NCBI GenBank assembly: GCA_964016885.1 | Contig: OZ024745.1 | Location: 16,926,001-16,990,000, forward strand | Reading direction: 5' to 3' | Length of the DNA: 64,000 bases | Origin: Eledone cirrhosa | Taxonomy: Eukaryota | In this document: positions 12,537 to 26,171 of the stretch, piece by piece | How positions within the stretch are numbered: position 1 is the stretch's first letter | Layout of the letters: every line of letters begins with the position of its first letter | Notes under the pieces: generated by a model | Seen by the model: the letters and a program-made list of their open reading frames with translations, nothing else | Databases searched by the model: none | Told to the model about the DNA's origin: nothing | Program-made: the position numbers and the translations under genes

Positions 12537-15257
12537 CCCAGTATTTTGTATCAACTTCATATAGTACGTTACCCCCATTGCTCTGTAAATCCACCCCTAT
12601 CACGTGTAAATCATAATTGAATAACATATGCAGTTCTATTTTTTAATAGGAAATAAAATAGAATATATTTTGTGCCGCACATTCTTCTGGGTTGCACCAA
12701 TACAAACCTTTCCATCACCTTTCAAAGGGTATTGTATTATATGGAATAAGCCACTAGTATGAGCCACCAGTTTGACGTTTGAATATTCTATCAATAAGAA
12801 CATCAATGAGTTTGTAATTCAGAAAGTAAATTGAACTAAGAGCAAATGACATTACACCTTAGTGTATTCTTGGATGCGTTGCTCAAACCTACATCATATT
12901 ATCTCCACGTATATTATTAACATTGGCAATATTAGTGCAAGTGATGTCTAAATGCTGCAGAATTGACGATTGGGCGCATTCAATTAGTTTATGACAGATC
13001 TAGGTATTGCTATCAATGATATTATGACAGGCAAAATTCCTGACGCTCTATAAATTAGATATACCTTCATATTAATATTGAAAGAAATGTGTGTTTTTAT
13101 TATTCATTTCCTCTTTTCAGAGCGTGACTATGAGATCGAAAATATTTATCGCCATTCCAGGTTCATACTTAACAACAGTTTTTTTATTATTATTTTCTAT
13201 AACTTCGTAAATCATTTGAACAATTCTATCGCTGCGATAACGTCTTCTGACAGTGTATATAACAATTACGATTTAGTTTTCCACGAATGTCATTTTTAAT
13301 CTCATATTTACGAGTCCTTTCCATTTAATAAGATCAACTAAATTCAGGAGATAGCATGTTTCCAAAGTTATCTATTGCAACTGTTTCTAGAAAATGGCTT
13401 TCCCATCTAAGCGGATTGTGCAGATGTGACAGCAAATGAATATGAAAGAAGTATCAAGTAATGTTTAATAGAGGAATCACAGAGAAATTCAAAATATCTC
13501 TCACTAGAAGATTACGTATATATAAATCTAAAATCTCTCGGAAGAGATTACTAAATAGAGAGCTTGGAAGTCAAATCTTTAAAATCAGCAGAGATTGCAG
13601 CACTCACTTTACTGTGTGATATTGAAAAGGAAAAAAATGGTTTTGTGAGAATACAGATATTGTTCAATTTTTGAATTTCTAGTATAAACTTTCTACTGAA
13701 ATAGGTCTAAAATATGTAGCCTAATAACAAAATATTTCTTTCGTGCGGTCATGGAAGAAGAAAAGTATGAATGGCATATCAGAATTGTATATAAGGAATG
13801 ATAGTCCTTCACCAGGAAAAACGAGATCGGAGCTATGTGAGACGTAATTATATTAAAAAAGGCAGGTTTATCATGCGTTGTGTAGCGAACAGGTGTGTAG
13901 GGGTTCATGTTTTTCAAATGCGGTGATTATATGATAGAAGTGGCAGAGAGGCCCAGTATGTCAATAGTAATGGTATGTGTACATTTAATGTGCATCATAT
14001 GAGAGCATTCAAGATTTTCTGGTGTATATCTGTGTTTTCGCGTGCGACATTTTATCTGTGAACTGTGTATGTTTGTAGATGTTTGAGTAATAATCTTTTA
14101 AATCAGCTGTTGCATGTAGAATTTGAGTGAATCAATGTAAACCTGCATGTCTGGTTATGAGGCGTGGTAGTATCTGGTGCGTGTGTGTTTATATAAGCAT
14201 GTGTTTTATATGTGTTCAGGTCGGAGTCTGTGTGAATGGGAGTGGTGTCACTATGTATGTAAATGTTAGTGTGTGTGTGTGCCAATATAGTAGAAAGATT
14301 GTGAGTGTATGATACAAGATGTGAGAGGGGAAATCTTGGTATATTCTCAAGAAATGGTACTCTAAGTGATGGGACCAGACGAAATATGTGGTAAGTAGGT
14401 CAAAATCAGAGGAATATGAAGAGAAGACATGGTATGTAAAGTTAGCTGTCTTTGTGTGTGTGTGTGTGTGCGTAGCAGAAAGAAAGGGTGAACGGGGAGT
14501 GTCTCAAAAATGTTTTGAAGGCAGAAAGTTAGGGTGGCGTTAGGTGCATGTATGTGGAGTATAAAAAATAATGAGTGCAAAGTGGAGAAAGGGCTGGAGA
14601 TATTTATAGGCATGTTGTCTCGTCGAGAATAACATTTCCTGGTGAGTTTGCAAGTAAGTATGTGTGCCTGACTTGCTCCGTGTGTGTGTGTGGGGGGGGG
14701 GGGTATGTGCGTATGTGTGTGTGTGTGTGTGTTTGTATGTGTGTGTGTGTCAGTGTGTGCGCGTGCGTGTGTGTGAGTGAGTGGCTGTGTGAATGGTTGT
14801 GAATGTGAGTGAATGTGTTTGTCTGTGACAAATATTTAGGTGTGTGAGTATTTTAAAGATGAAATGCGTGTGCTGTATATATTTTTCGTTTGTTCGTGTA
14901 TGTCTCTTTCCAAGCTTGTCCGATTAATATGGGTTAAACTGAGTGTATATATGTTTAACCGTAATGGTTAGAGTGTGTTTTTGTATCTATATATTTGCGT
15001 ATTTAAAGAGTATTTTTATGTGTCCATGTCAAGGACTGTGTGGTGTATTTATGTCTATGGGTCACTGTGGATGTGCTTCTATGTACGAAGTATGTGTGTG
15101 TTGGGGAGGTGGGTTAGGGGTGGACCATCGGCGTTAAACATTTCGTGTGTGCTTTCGTGTGGCCATGGATGCGCTTTTGCGTTATAGTATATATATATAT
15201 ATAAACACGCATGCACAAACATACACACTTACACACACACACATGTATATATATATG

Positions 15258-15313
<56 letters not shown>

Positions 15314-15326
15314 ATTGTATAGAAGG

Positions 15327-15377
15327 AGCTTCTACATGACTAGTACTGTTTCATTCAGATGAAATCTTCAGGAAGCT
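15327..15377 (-). ncRNA. Type I hammerhead ribozyme (family B, left arm)
   Basis: Minus strand reads AGCTTC-CTGAAGA-tTTCatctGAAt-GAAA-CAgtactagtcaTG-TA-GAAGCT. Confidence 0.75.
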
Positions 15378-15621
15378 GGGTGTCACATTATGTTCTGGTA
15401 TTTATACATTTAGGTAGTGGTAAGGGAGGGGTGGTGGATGGGGGGGGGGATTTTGGGGGTAGGATGGTATTTAGATACACAGGACCACAACATGGCACAG
15501 GCCGTTTTTTCTTTGGGGAGTGGTCAATTAGCCAGAGTGCTTTTTTGAAATAAATAAATAAGTAAATAAATAAATAAATAAATGAATAAATAGATAAATG
15601 AATAAATAAATAAAAAAATAA

Positions 15622-16140
15622 ACTCTACCACACCTAATCTAGCTAGGAACTTAGCCAACAATAACATCAAGAAGCTAAATCAGTCTACTTTTTCCGAAGC
15701 CCATCCAGCAACCGTTGGCAATTGCAATTGCCCTGATAAGACTACCTGCCCTCTCAACAACAACTGTCTAAAAAAAGATCTCGTCTATATATGCGATGTA
15801 CTCTCAGGCCCCGATGAAAAAAGAAACTCGTATATCGGGATGACTTCTAACAGTTTTAAGACTCGCTGGTACGCCCACACACATTCGTTCCAGCGCCCAG
15901 ACAAATCCAATCAAACTACACTCGCCGCCCACATCTGGAACTCCATCCCCTTCAAGACCCAATGGAAACTACTCCAGAGAGCGCGATCCTACACGGAAGG
16001 CCTAATTGCTGTGACCTCTGTATCTCCGAGAGCTATGAGATTCTATTCGCCAAAGGCCCTATCCTCAACAAGATCTCGGAACACTCCCCTAATTGCATGC
16101 ACAAGAACTATGCAAATTACAAAAACTACAGACCCCCCGG
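15622..16140 (+). pseudogene. GIY-YIG endonuclease domain of PLE family B (frameshifted)
   Basis: STTPNLARNLANNN...CNCPDKTTCPLNNNCLKKDLVYICDV...SYIGMTSNSFKTRWYAHTHSF...TTLAAHIW...CCDLCISE...LNKISEHSPNCMH. Confidence 0.85.
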
Positions 16141-16387
16141 CCCCCCGACTGACCCCCCCTCCCATATCACCACCCCACCACCGTCCCCCACCCCACTTCC
16201 GTCCCTCCATCTCTCATTATTACCTTCTTTCCTCCTCTCCAGGTTTTATATATTGTGTTGTATGCCTCTGAGTAAAGTTCCGTGGCCGCACACACAAATT
16301 CACAAATTCTGCTCATGTTTGCATATGTGCAGTTATGAACTGCTGCACGCACACGTTCGAGATTTATTTATCTATTTATTTGTATAT

Positions 16388-16418
<31 letters not shown>

Positions 16419-16448
16419 GTTACTTTATTTATTTATTTATTTATCTAT

Positions 16449-16483
<35 letters not shown>

Positions 16484-16845
16484 CTTGTTTATTTGTTTAT
16501 CTGTTTGTTTGTTCGTTAGTTAACTCATTCATTTATTTATTAATTAATGAGTGAATGATTAGGTAATGAATAGATAAAAGATAAAAGATAGGTAACGAAT
16601 AGTGAATGGTAAATAGTAAATAATAAATAGTAATTAATTACTTAATGATAATATTAATAACTTAGTAGTGATATTAATTATTTTAATCCTCTATCAGGCC
16701 CAGTTTAAAATTTGTCCCACTACCTTTTCCCATTATATTATAGACACATGTATGTGTGCGAACGAGTGCGTGTTTGTGCATATGTGTTTATGTGTACTTA
16801 TTTGTATGTATGTATGTGTATGTATGCGTGTGTGCTTGTATATGT

Positions 16846-16917
<72 letters not shown>

Positions 16918-16963
16918 GTATATATATATGTGGATGTGTATATATAAATATATATATATATAT

Positions 16964-17017
<54 letters not shown>

Positions 17018-17554
17018 ATATGTATGCATATATATATGTGTGTGTAAGTGTTAATGTATGTGGTTGTGAGTATGTAAATATATTTTATTCTTTCCATTCT
17101 ACAAAAACACTCTGGCCACCTGTGGGTTGTATGTTAACTTGACCACTCACCTCAGTCTGTGCCATGATTCGGTCTTGTTTATCTTCTATTACCAACCCAC
17201 CTAAAAAAAATTCCCTACTATATATCTGTTGAATTACTATTCTTGGGGTTTTTATTTATTTTTTATTTATTTATTTATTTATTTTTATTTTTTTTTATTT
17301 ATTTATTTATTTTTTATTTATTTATTTATTTTTTTTTAAATTTATTTATTCATTTATCTATTTATTCATTTATTTATTTATTTATTTATTTACTCTGGCT
17401 AATTGACCACTCCCCAAAGAAATAAATAAACGGCCTGTGCCATGTTGTGGTCCTGTGTATCTAAATACCACCCTACCGCAAAAATCCACCCCCAGCCACC
17501 ACCCTCCCTTACCACTACCTAAATGTATAAATACCAGAACTTAATATGACACCC

Positions 17555-17605
17555 AGCTTCCTGAAGATTTCATCTGAATGAAACAGTATTAGTCCTGTAG
17601 AAGCT
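17555..17605 (+). ncRNA. Type I hammerhead ribozyme (family B, right arm)
   Basis: AGCTTC-CTGAAGA-tTTCatctGAAt-GAAA-CAGtattagtcCTG-TA-GAAGCT. Confidence 0.8.
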
Positions 17606-17689
17606 CCTTCTATACAATAACATTTTTTTTACTCTGCCATGTATTGAGTACCTTACTTACTGTGGTTATCCCCGACTCAACCCGGGACC

Positions 17690-17726
<37 letters not shown>

Positions 17727-18739
17727 ATGAACTGCTTTGCGTGTCCATTTTGATAGTTTTCAGAGTAAATCAATTGGACGGTAATTATTGGTTTGTGAAG
17801 ATATTTCGAATTGCTGTCGTGGATATTTCCGTTCCAGAATATGGGCATATTTAATTAATTTACAAGTGTACTTCATACAATTCTAGAAGGAATTCATAAT
17901 TAATATTCTAAATATATTCACAGATCAATTTATATATACACATATATACAAACATTCATACATATATACATGGTAGCTGCCAACTCGTTTTCGAGTACGC
18001 CCACTACTTTATATCCATGTAGGAGAACCCTAGCGATGCGCTGAACGAGTGTGACTTTTTAGTCCAGCCAGCGACTTGAAAACTCTGGTACAAACACTAC
18101 ACTTGTGACAATTATTGACACATAGTGCTGGGCCCATGGTACCATGTGATGACATGTGCAGAGAGATCTCTCGATATAAAGCAATGCCTGTGCCGTGAAG
18201 CTTTTATAGTGAGAAAAGGCACTGCACAAAGCCAGTCCCACTCTCTTAACCAAGATGATATTTATCAAAAAGAAGAATAAGTAAACATCATTGGATACCA
18301 TCAGGGTTGCAGGTATTATATCACAGTTTTCCTTCTCCTAGAATTCTGCCTTGACAAAGGTGATTTTGGATGGCCATTGACTCTTAAGAGCTCCTTTGCC
18401 CTTTGAGAGGTTTTGTTTTTAGTCCTGCAGGATGTCCAAAGTCACCCTCCTCACCAAGAAACCTTGGTCGGGTTGCCAGTTTAGTCGTCAAGGACCCGAC
18501 CATGAGACAGGTTGTACTGGGATACATGTTACCAGTAGCACCAACTGGTGATCTGACATACATAAATAAATACATATACATACATAAATACGTACATACA
18601 TAAATATATACATACATATATACGTACATACATACGTACATACGTACATACATACTTATATACATGCATGCATACATACTTACGTATATACGTAAAATAA
18701 CATACGTACATAGATACATACATATATTAGTTTCATAGG

Positions 18740-19200
18740 TTTTGGGCAGTATTGGGCCAAGCCATGTCCAACTTAAGAGCACCACCTGGCGAAGTCTTTC
18801 AAATCATGATTTGGAGAATGTGGCCCACTCAAACAGAGAGTTATTGTTTTCAAAGATATATCGTAGCGAAATGTGTCCAAAGACATTTAGACTTTTATGG
18901 GACATGTTTCTCCCTTTATGTGTTTTTTGGTATCATTTAAAGAGAGCGGGACCAGTGAAATAATTGTGCTGTAATGTTGGTATGAAATGAGGAATTGATT
19001 TTTGATGTGGGTGAATAGCATGGGTTCCAAACCTTAGGTGGACATTAAAATTGATGCCAACATCATTTGGGCAAAGCTGATAGAATATTTCCCGCTTATC
19101 ATGCAGATGTTGTAGCGTTCATAGCGTTGTTGGATAGAGTAGAGATGGAGCCTTTTCTAGTTAACCCCAATAGTCAAAGGCCTGTCATGCCGACTACATT
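18740..19200 (-). mobile_element. Decayed CR1/L2-like LINE 3' fragment
   Basis: Minus strand gives KRLHLYSIQQRYERYNI (LYSLQRRRERY-like) and ...FTGPALF..., typical of CR1-group ORF2 C-termini. Multiple stops. Confidence 0.5.
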
Positions 19201-19261
19201 TGTAATTGACGTTTGGTGTGCTCTAATTTACACCCCCCCCCCCCCACACACACACACATAT

Positions 19262-19588
19262 TATTCCAGTTCCTCAGAGAAATAACAACGCAACCAGGAG
19301 CTGGACATATCGTAGTATTGACGGAGTAAAACACACTTAAACAACATGTGTACCCGTCTCTACCCCACCAATTCGGACTGCTTTAAGACGTCACAGCCAA
19401 TGATGACTGTCACTGAAATATATATAGCAGTACATCTTTAATTTATAATAAACGAAGCCAAATTTTACCTATTTGACTTAATTATTTTACATTACTCCGG
19501 AGTAAAACCAACCAACCTGCGTACTTCGTCGAGTGCTCCAATCTGCATACTGAGGTGTCGGTAAACAACCAACACGTACTCAAAATAT
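19262..19588 (+). mobile_element. Solo 3' end of PLE family A with tail and mutated hammerhead
   Basis: Similar to 8200-8516. The hammerhead at 19377-19431 has TTTAAGA in place of CTGAAGA. Confidence 0.8.
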
Positions 19589-19592
19589 ATGC

Positions 19593-19629
<37 letters not shown>

Positions 19630-21955
19630 TGTGCCTGTGTTAACAATAAAAATTTATTTTCTCATTCAACCAATCTCCGAAACATTGCTAATATAAATTG
19701 TATATCTATATTGGAAGAAATTTATAACAATATTGATAAAGTTGAGTATGTTATACTTTGAGTAAGTAGTTCTGAAGCTTTCCCGATGAAGGAAATAGAC
19801 AACGTTGTCGGGCTTTGATATACTCTTAAAACCACTCTATGTCTAACATTTTGGAAAATCATTGAACGAAGTAAATATATATGAGTTATTTGGCTGTGCC
19901 GCTTTGACAGACATTGTTCAAATAAGTCTTTCAAGAAATCGAATTTGTTTGAAGTAAAAATATTGCTGCTTTTATATTCATATTTCTAATTGAAATATCG
20001 AAGATAATAGAAAAATATATATTTCATAGTTTACTGCCACAGACAAGAGTAAACAGAGAAGACTTATGTTTGGCTTTTGTTGACCTTATACCACATTATT
20101 GACTTATTAACTCGGAAAGCAACCAGAGCTTTTGTAGTAATTCTGCGTCACATTTATTTATTTGTTTAGTTATAACGTAATATCGCTTAATAGACGACAC
20201 ATATGTGGTAGAAACCGTATTTAAGAAAGAAAATTAATAGAGAAAATATAAAATTTTCAATTAATATATAAATAGCTTGTGAATCTTCTTCTCTTTTACG
20301 AGACTATCTTTATTGTAATGGAGATGTATTCAATTAAAGAGACAAATAAGTTTTACACATTAATGTTCTTCCGATATGAAAAGAAACTAATTATATATTG
20401 CATTTAACAGGAACTCAAGAAAGTCTAATTTAGAATATGCAAACCACTTTACTCGTAATAGTTATCTCTGCAACAATCGATATATAATTGTGATGCAATA
20501 AGCAGCAATGAAAAGTAAATTCAAAACGTATTTCGTTTTACCGTTAGAAGAGATATTAAGTTTGGATGTATATACTTAAATATTGGAAACAGATCAAATG
20601 TTGAAAGAACGAAATTAAATGGATGTACAAAGGATGGAACTCTTCATTTCAATGATTTAATCAGATATTTTTACTCAGTTTACATTACTGCTTCTTTCCC
20701 TATCTAAATATATTTATACTGAGAGGCAAATCTGATTTTATTCATTTATCCTACATTCGTTCAATTTCCAAAACGTATTTCATACACTGTGCCTCAAATA
20801 ATATTATATGGCATTTATTTGTCAAATATTACTGACTATTCTTTGTACTGTGAAGAATACATGACGAAATATATGTCTATAGTTTAAACTGCATGTGTTT
20901 AGTATGTATACAAATATATCGTCATGTATTCTTCATAGTAAAGACATATAAGCATCTATTGTACATATGCACGTAAAGTATAGCTGTCACCATGTTTCTT
21001 TATCCCAGTTGATGATTTTAGTAATAGTTATGCGCAGTGTGAGAAATATTATAACTATCGGAATTATTGCCTTCCGTTTGTTAATAAACTTTCTTTGTGT
21101 AATATGCCATACACTAAAATGAAACTTAAACTTATTGTACCCCATTAATACCCATATGCACATATAGTGATATATTCAAATGCATATATATAAATATGAA
21201 TTTCATTTTATTGTATTTTCAAAAATCAAAGAAAGACTGCTAATCGCACAAATGCATACGCAGAATGTTGAGAGTGAATTGAATTAGCCCCATGGAGAGA
21301 GAAAAGCTAAAATCTAGCTATATTTGCTTGACACTCTTCAAGAAAATGAAGATAATTTCAGGATAATACGAATTTATAGCACCGAATATTTAAGGCATTT
21401 TGTTATCAAATATGTGTTTCGATATGGCTGCTAATATTAATCTCGGATGGGAAATAAATAAAATTTACCCTTCCATTTTCTTTTATTGTTTTGGGACAAG
21501 AATAAATCAATAACGACCGTGACCATTTTCAGATCTGTTACGATTAGTGGATTGAATGAGAAATGTATCTTCAATCTACGGTCGTGGTCCAATTACAAAG
21601 TAGAGACCCAAAAGCCAGTTAATAGTATTAAAATGAGCTGCCGACGCTTTAATTGATAGCGACGCTTATGTGGAATCGCTTAATTTCAAATGTTTTAGCT
21701 GATCGATAGCTGAACACATGTGCCAATAAAGTATGTATATGGTGCAATATTTTTTACAGCCTTATTACTATTAATACACGGCTAATAACCGTTGGTAATA
21801 AAGGTATAAAGACCTGCTACACTAACTAGATCTTGTAACAGAGGACAGGGTTCAAACTGGTGCAAAATATTTAAGTAAAGTTCCACACATAACAACACGC
21901 ACACACAATCACAGACACTCACCCCCCCCCCCCCCACACACACACACGCGCACGC

Positions 21956-22057
<102 letters not shown>

Positions 22058-22205
22058 TTAGTATATGTTGGTTGTTTACCGACACGTCAGTATGCAGATT
22101 GGAGCACTCGACAAAGTACGCAGGTTGGTTTGGTCACTCCGGAGTAATGTAAAATAAAGTAATTAAGTCAAATATTTAAGATTTGGCTTCGTTTATTAAA
22201 GATGT

Positions 22206-22260
22206 ACTGCTATATATATTTCGGTGACAGCCATCATTGGCTGTGACCTCTTCAGGCAGT
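22206..22260 (-). ncRNA. Type I minimal hammerhead ribozyme (family A)
   Basis: Minus strand reads ACTGC-CTGAAGA-GGTCACAGCC aatgat GGCTGTCACC-GAAA-TATATA-TA-GCAGT. Confidence 0.85.
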
Positions 22261-22431
22261 TCGAATTGGTGTGGTAGAGACAGGTACACGTGTTGTTAAA
22301 GTGTTTTACCCCGTCAATACTCCGATATGTCCAGCTCCTGGTTGGATTGTTATTTCTCTGAGGAACTGGAATCATATGAATTCGAACAAACGAATTTCGG
22401 CAATTTCCGCAAATAAGGAGATCTTCGATAG

Positions 22432-23263
22432 CAACGCGGAATATTACAACGCAGAATATTACAACGCGGAATATTACAACGCGGAATATTACAACGGAAT
22501 ATTACAACGCAGAATATTACAACGGAATATTACAACGCGGAATATTACAACGGAATATTACAACGGAATATTACAACGCAGAATATTACAACGGAATATT
22601 ACAACGCGGAATATTACAACGCGGAATATTACAACGGAATATTACAACGCAGAATATTACAACGGAATATTACAACGCGGAATATTACCACGGAATATTA
22701 CAACGCTGAATATTACAACACGGAATATCACAACGGAATATTACGACGCGGAATATTACAACGGAATATTACAACGCGGAATATTACAAGGGAATATTAC
22801 AACGCGGAATATTACAACACGGAATATCACAACGGAATATTACGACGCAGAATATTACAACGGAATATTACAACGCAGAATATTACAACGGAATATTACA
22901 ACGCGGAATATTACCACGGAATATTACAACGCAGAATATTACAACGGAATATTACAACGCGGAATATTACAACACGGAATATCACAACGGAATATTACGA
23001 CGCAGAATATTACAACGGAATATTACAACGCGGAATATTACAACGGAATATTACAACGCAGAATATTACAACGGAATATTACAACGCAGAATATTACAAC
23101 GGAATATTACAACGGAATATTACGTGGAATATTACAACGGAATATTACAACGCAGAATATTACAACGGAATATTACAACGGAATATTACGTGGAATATTA
23201 CAACGGAATATTACAACGCAGAATATTACAACGGAATATTACAACGCAGAATATTACAACGGA
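22432..23263. repeat. Tandem array of mixed 15-bp (GCRGAATATTACAAC) and 13-bp (GGAATATTACAAC) units, roughly 60 units, inside PLE RT coding sequence
   Basis: Directly visible. Flanked by RT-thumb codons EIFDSN upstream and GALNK downstream. Confidence 0.95.
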
Positions 23264-24737
23264 GCTCTAAATAAGGCGGCGCATGGCACAAATATATCAT
23301 ATAATCCGAGGCGCCATGACGGGGTTAGCCCAACGGATACGCCGACCCACGGGATCTGGGAGAGGAGGAACCCTAACAATACAAGCAAGGTAACAACAAC
23401 TAAACACCATGAACCCGACACCACCACGTTGGCGACGGGCACGCGTACACATATCCATGTGAGGAAATCCAGTACGAGTAGCGGTCTTAGGGGTGATATC
23501 AACCACCCCGTGCCCGACACCCCCCAACCGCAAGACACGAAGCGGGACCGATGGAAGACCATCCCACCGTAGCACTCCCAGCGTGGGTAACAACCACCCC
23601 AGAGATACGGGCCGGTAAGTTAGCAGAACACATAGCACCCAAAGGGGAAGCAGCAATGCGGGAACCACTAGCAACCCAATAACTCCCCAACAGCCCACGA
23701 CACGCTCAACCCACCACATAGGAGTAGACACAGAAAAATCACGTGGTACAACCCACCATACTCAGCGGCGCTAAAGAACAGCATGGCCCGCTCATTCTTT
23801 AGAGCACTAGATAAATGCTTCCGAAGGACCATAGATACCGAAAGATCTTCAACAGACACACTGTAAAGCTCTCATATTCTACCACGCGAAATGTGGCCCA
23901 GCACATAACTAGCATTAATAGGGGTAGACTTAAAAACCACACACAACCGGAAGCTGGCAATATAGGCACCCGGCAGAACCATCTGGAGGGAAAGAGGGTG
24001 GATCCAGTAACCCAAACAGAACCAGGGACCCCCACCGGGCCCGGGGGAGGACCACCATATAATACGTAACGGGAACCCCACATTAGGTACGTGGAGGTCG
24101 ACCACCTCCTGCAACTGCAGAAACCCAGCATTATGACCCCTTAGTAATGAATGCCTAAGGAAGAACTTAATATACGGATGTAGAGTAAAACCCCCCGACT
24201 CTAAACACCTTTACATAGGAGCCACATCAACGAGCTTTAAGGACCGATGGTATAACCATTGCCATTCCTTTAACAGGGAGGACAAAAGGAAAAGTACGGC
24301 TCTTTCCGAACTGATCTGGAAGCTCAAGCTGGACAGGACACCATACTCTTTGGCCTGGTCCAAAATCAGGAAAGTACCACCTGATAAAGGGGGATCTGAC
24401 ATCTGCAACCTATGTCTGAGCGAGACCCTGGAGATACTCAGCGGTGGAAGCAGCCTAATAAACCTCAGGACTGACTTCTTCGGGACATGTAGACACCTCA
24501 GGACCGGGACCTTCCTCTAGCTATATGGGCAACAACAACGCATTGGGAAGGGAACTTCCCTCAAGCTATAGGGTCAGTAGCCCGCAACACCGAGCCCACG
24601 GTAAACCACCCCTACACTTTCACCACCGTTACCCCTGCCTCGATCGACTCCTATGGCAGCACAGACGTATGCATATGTCCATACTTAGATCCTGTTATTT
24701 AAGATTGTACATGCACCGATACTTACGTATGTGTGTA

Positions 24738-24791
<54 letters not shown>

Positions 24792-25379
24792 CGTGTGTGT
24801 ACGTGTGTGCGTGTGTGTGCGAGTATATATATACATATATATATGTGGGTGTGTGTATGTTTGTATAATCTGTGTGCGTGTGGGTGTGAGTGAATATGGG
24901 ATGCACCTGGGCCCGTGTTGGTGCGTGTGGGCTTGCAACGATGTGGGTTGACATACACGCATATGTACTCTATGCCGAATTAAAAACTGTAGTCCTCTGC
25001 ATTTCCGGATTTTGACACTCAGGTTATGGTGTTTTACACTTCACTCTTACCTCATTTGCTCTTAAAACGCACCACCCCATGATAGTGTAAAGATCGGAAT
25101 CCTTTGCATTTCCCGATTCTGACACATAGCCTTTATACTTCAGTCAATATTTTCCAAACCTTTCAAACTTTAATATTGGCTATAACACACACGCACTTTA
25201 TTTTTCTTTGATATTTGATATTGGCTATGACAAACACGCATTCTGTTCTATTTTATTCATTTATTTTTTTTTTTCTTCTTCATTTTATTGTATCGTATCT
25301 TATTATTTTATTATTTATTCTATCTTATTTTTTTATATTTTATTTCGTCATTTTACCTTATCTGATTCCATTATCTGTT

Positions 25380-25600
25380 TGGGCGGTGGATTGGCAGTAT
25401 CGGTAGAGGGTCGGACGCCAAAATTTACTGCTATTGGTTCGACACAAAGCCAAGTTTTCGTAGTTATCCTTGTCTGCAAATGTTGAAGTGGATTCAATTG
25501 AGACGAGTAATTTACGGAGGAAAGTTCGATAATAGTGAAATTTGAACTCAGAATGAGGAAATAAAATTGAATGTCTTAAGGCATTTCGCGAAAATTTAGT
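25380..25600 (+). mobile_element. Degenerate tRNA-derived SINE (family S1 head)
   Basis: GGCGGTGGATTGGCAGTATCGGTAGAGGGTCGGACG matches the heads at 28682(-), 32762 and 61605. Confidence 0.55.
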
Positions 25601-26089
25601 GCCCTAAAATATCAGCAAATATTGTTTCCTTTTCTTTAATACGAATACATGGTAACATGTGATGTTCAGCTCGTTACTTAAGTGATACGAAGAGTAAACT
25701 AAACAGCTTTAACTGAGAATCAAATCTAGGTTTTGGCCTCTCATTATTACATATTTGCTCCCTAATCAACGATGTCGCCAGTACATAATGGTAAGTTACA
25801 TCGTTATATTAAGTCAAGTTCGAACACGTTTATCTATGAACAAAACACATTCCAATGAGAGAGTGAAACGGTAGTAGTTAGGCTCTTGTCATTATACCAC
25901 CCCACTCCTCACTGATTAACCTCAGTGTCACGTGATTGATTCTTTAGAATTTGCCACTGACCAAGTAGGCAGTGAATTTTTCAGTGCCCTGGAATTTAGT
26001 CCCCGCTAGCTTTATTCCATCCACTGAATTATTATTTTTATATGGGTTCCTAGTGTCCGCGCATTTCCTGGGGACTTAGCTGAGAATAG

Positions 26090-26171
26090 ACTCCCTGATG
26101 ACGTAAGGACTTCTCTATAGTTACATTACGTAACTATATTTATTCCCTTACAGAAACTAATTAGTTGGAGT
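26090..26171 (+). ncRNA. Type I hammerhead ribozyme with extended stem II (no partner in this window)
   Basis: ACTCC-CTGATGA-cGTAAGG...TATAGTTAC attac GTAACTATA...CCTTACa-GAAA-CTAATTAG-TT-GGAGT. Confidence 0.7.

Larger units (their letters stand above)
15311..17690 (+). mobile_element. Naiad-type PLE family B fold-back insertion in (TA)n
   Basis: About 15311-15600 is inverted relative to about 17340-17620. The GIY-YIG region lies at 15622-16140, and a tail at 17621-17690 is present only on the right. Confidence 0.85.
22059..24575 (+). mobile_element. Older PLE family A copy: inverted tail-bearing 3' arm (22059-22395) fused to plus-strand RT-thumb, linker and GIY-YIG coding sequence
   Basis: NKRISAISANKEIFDSNAEYYN...GALNKAAHG (RT thumb), ITWYNPPYSAALK...IFNRHTVKLSYS, CNCRNP...LYIGATSTSFKDRWYNH...CNLCLSE...CRH, with several frameshifts and stops. 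Confidence 0.85.

Noticed and set aside
22432-23263. CRISPR array or interstitial telomere
   Set aside because: No unique spacers, eukaryotic context, and the unit is not TTAGGG-like but derives from RT codons.
22271-23572. 433-aa ORF as a novel repeat protein
   Set aside because: It is a chimera of antisense UTR, a stop-free 13/15-bp array that cycles through frames, and PLE linker; not a gene.
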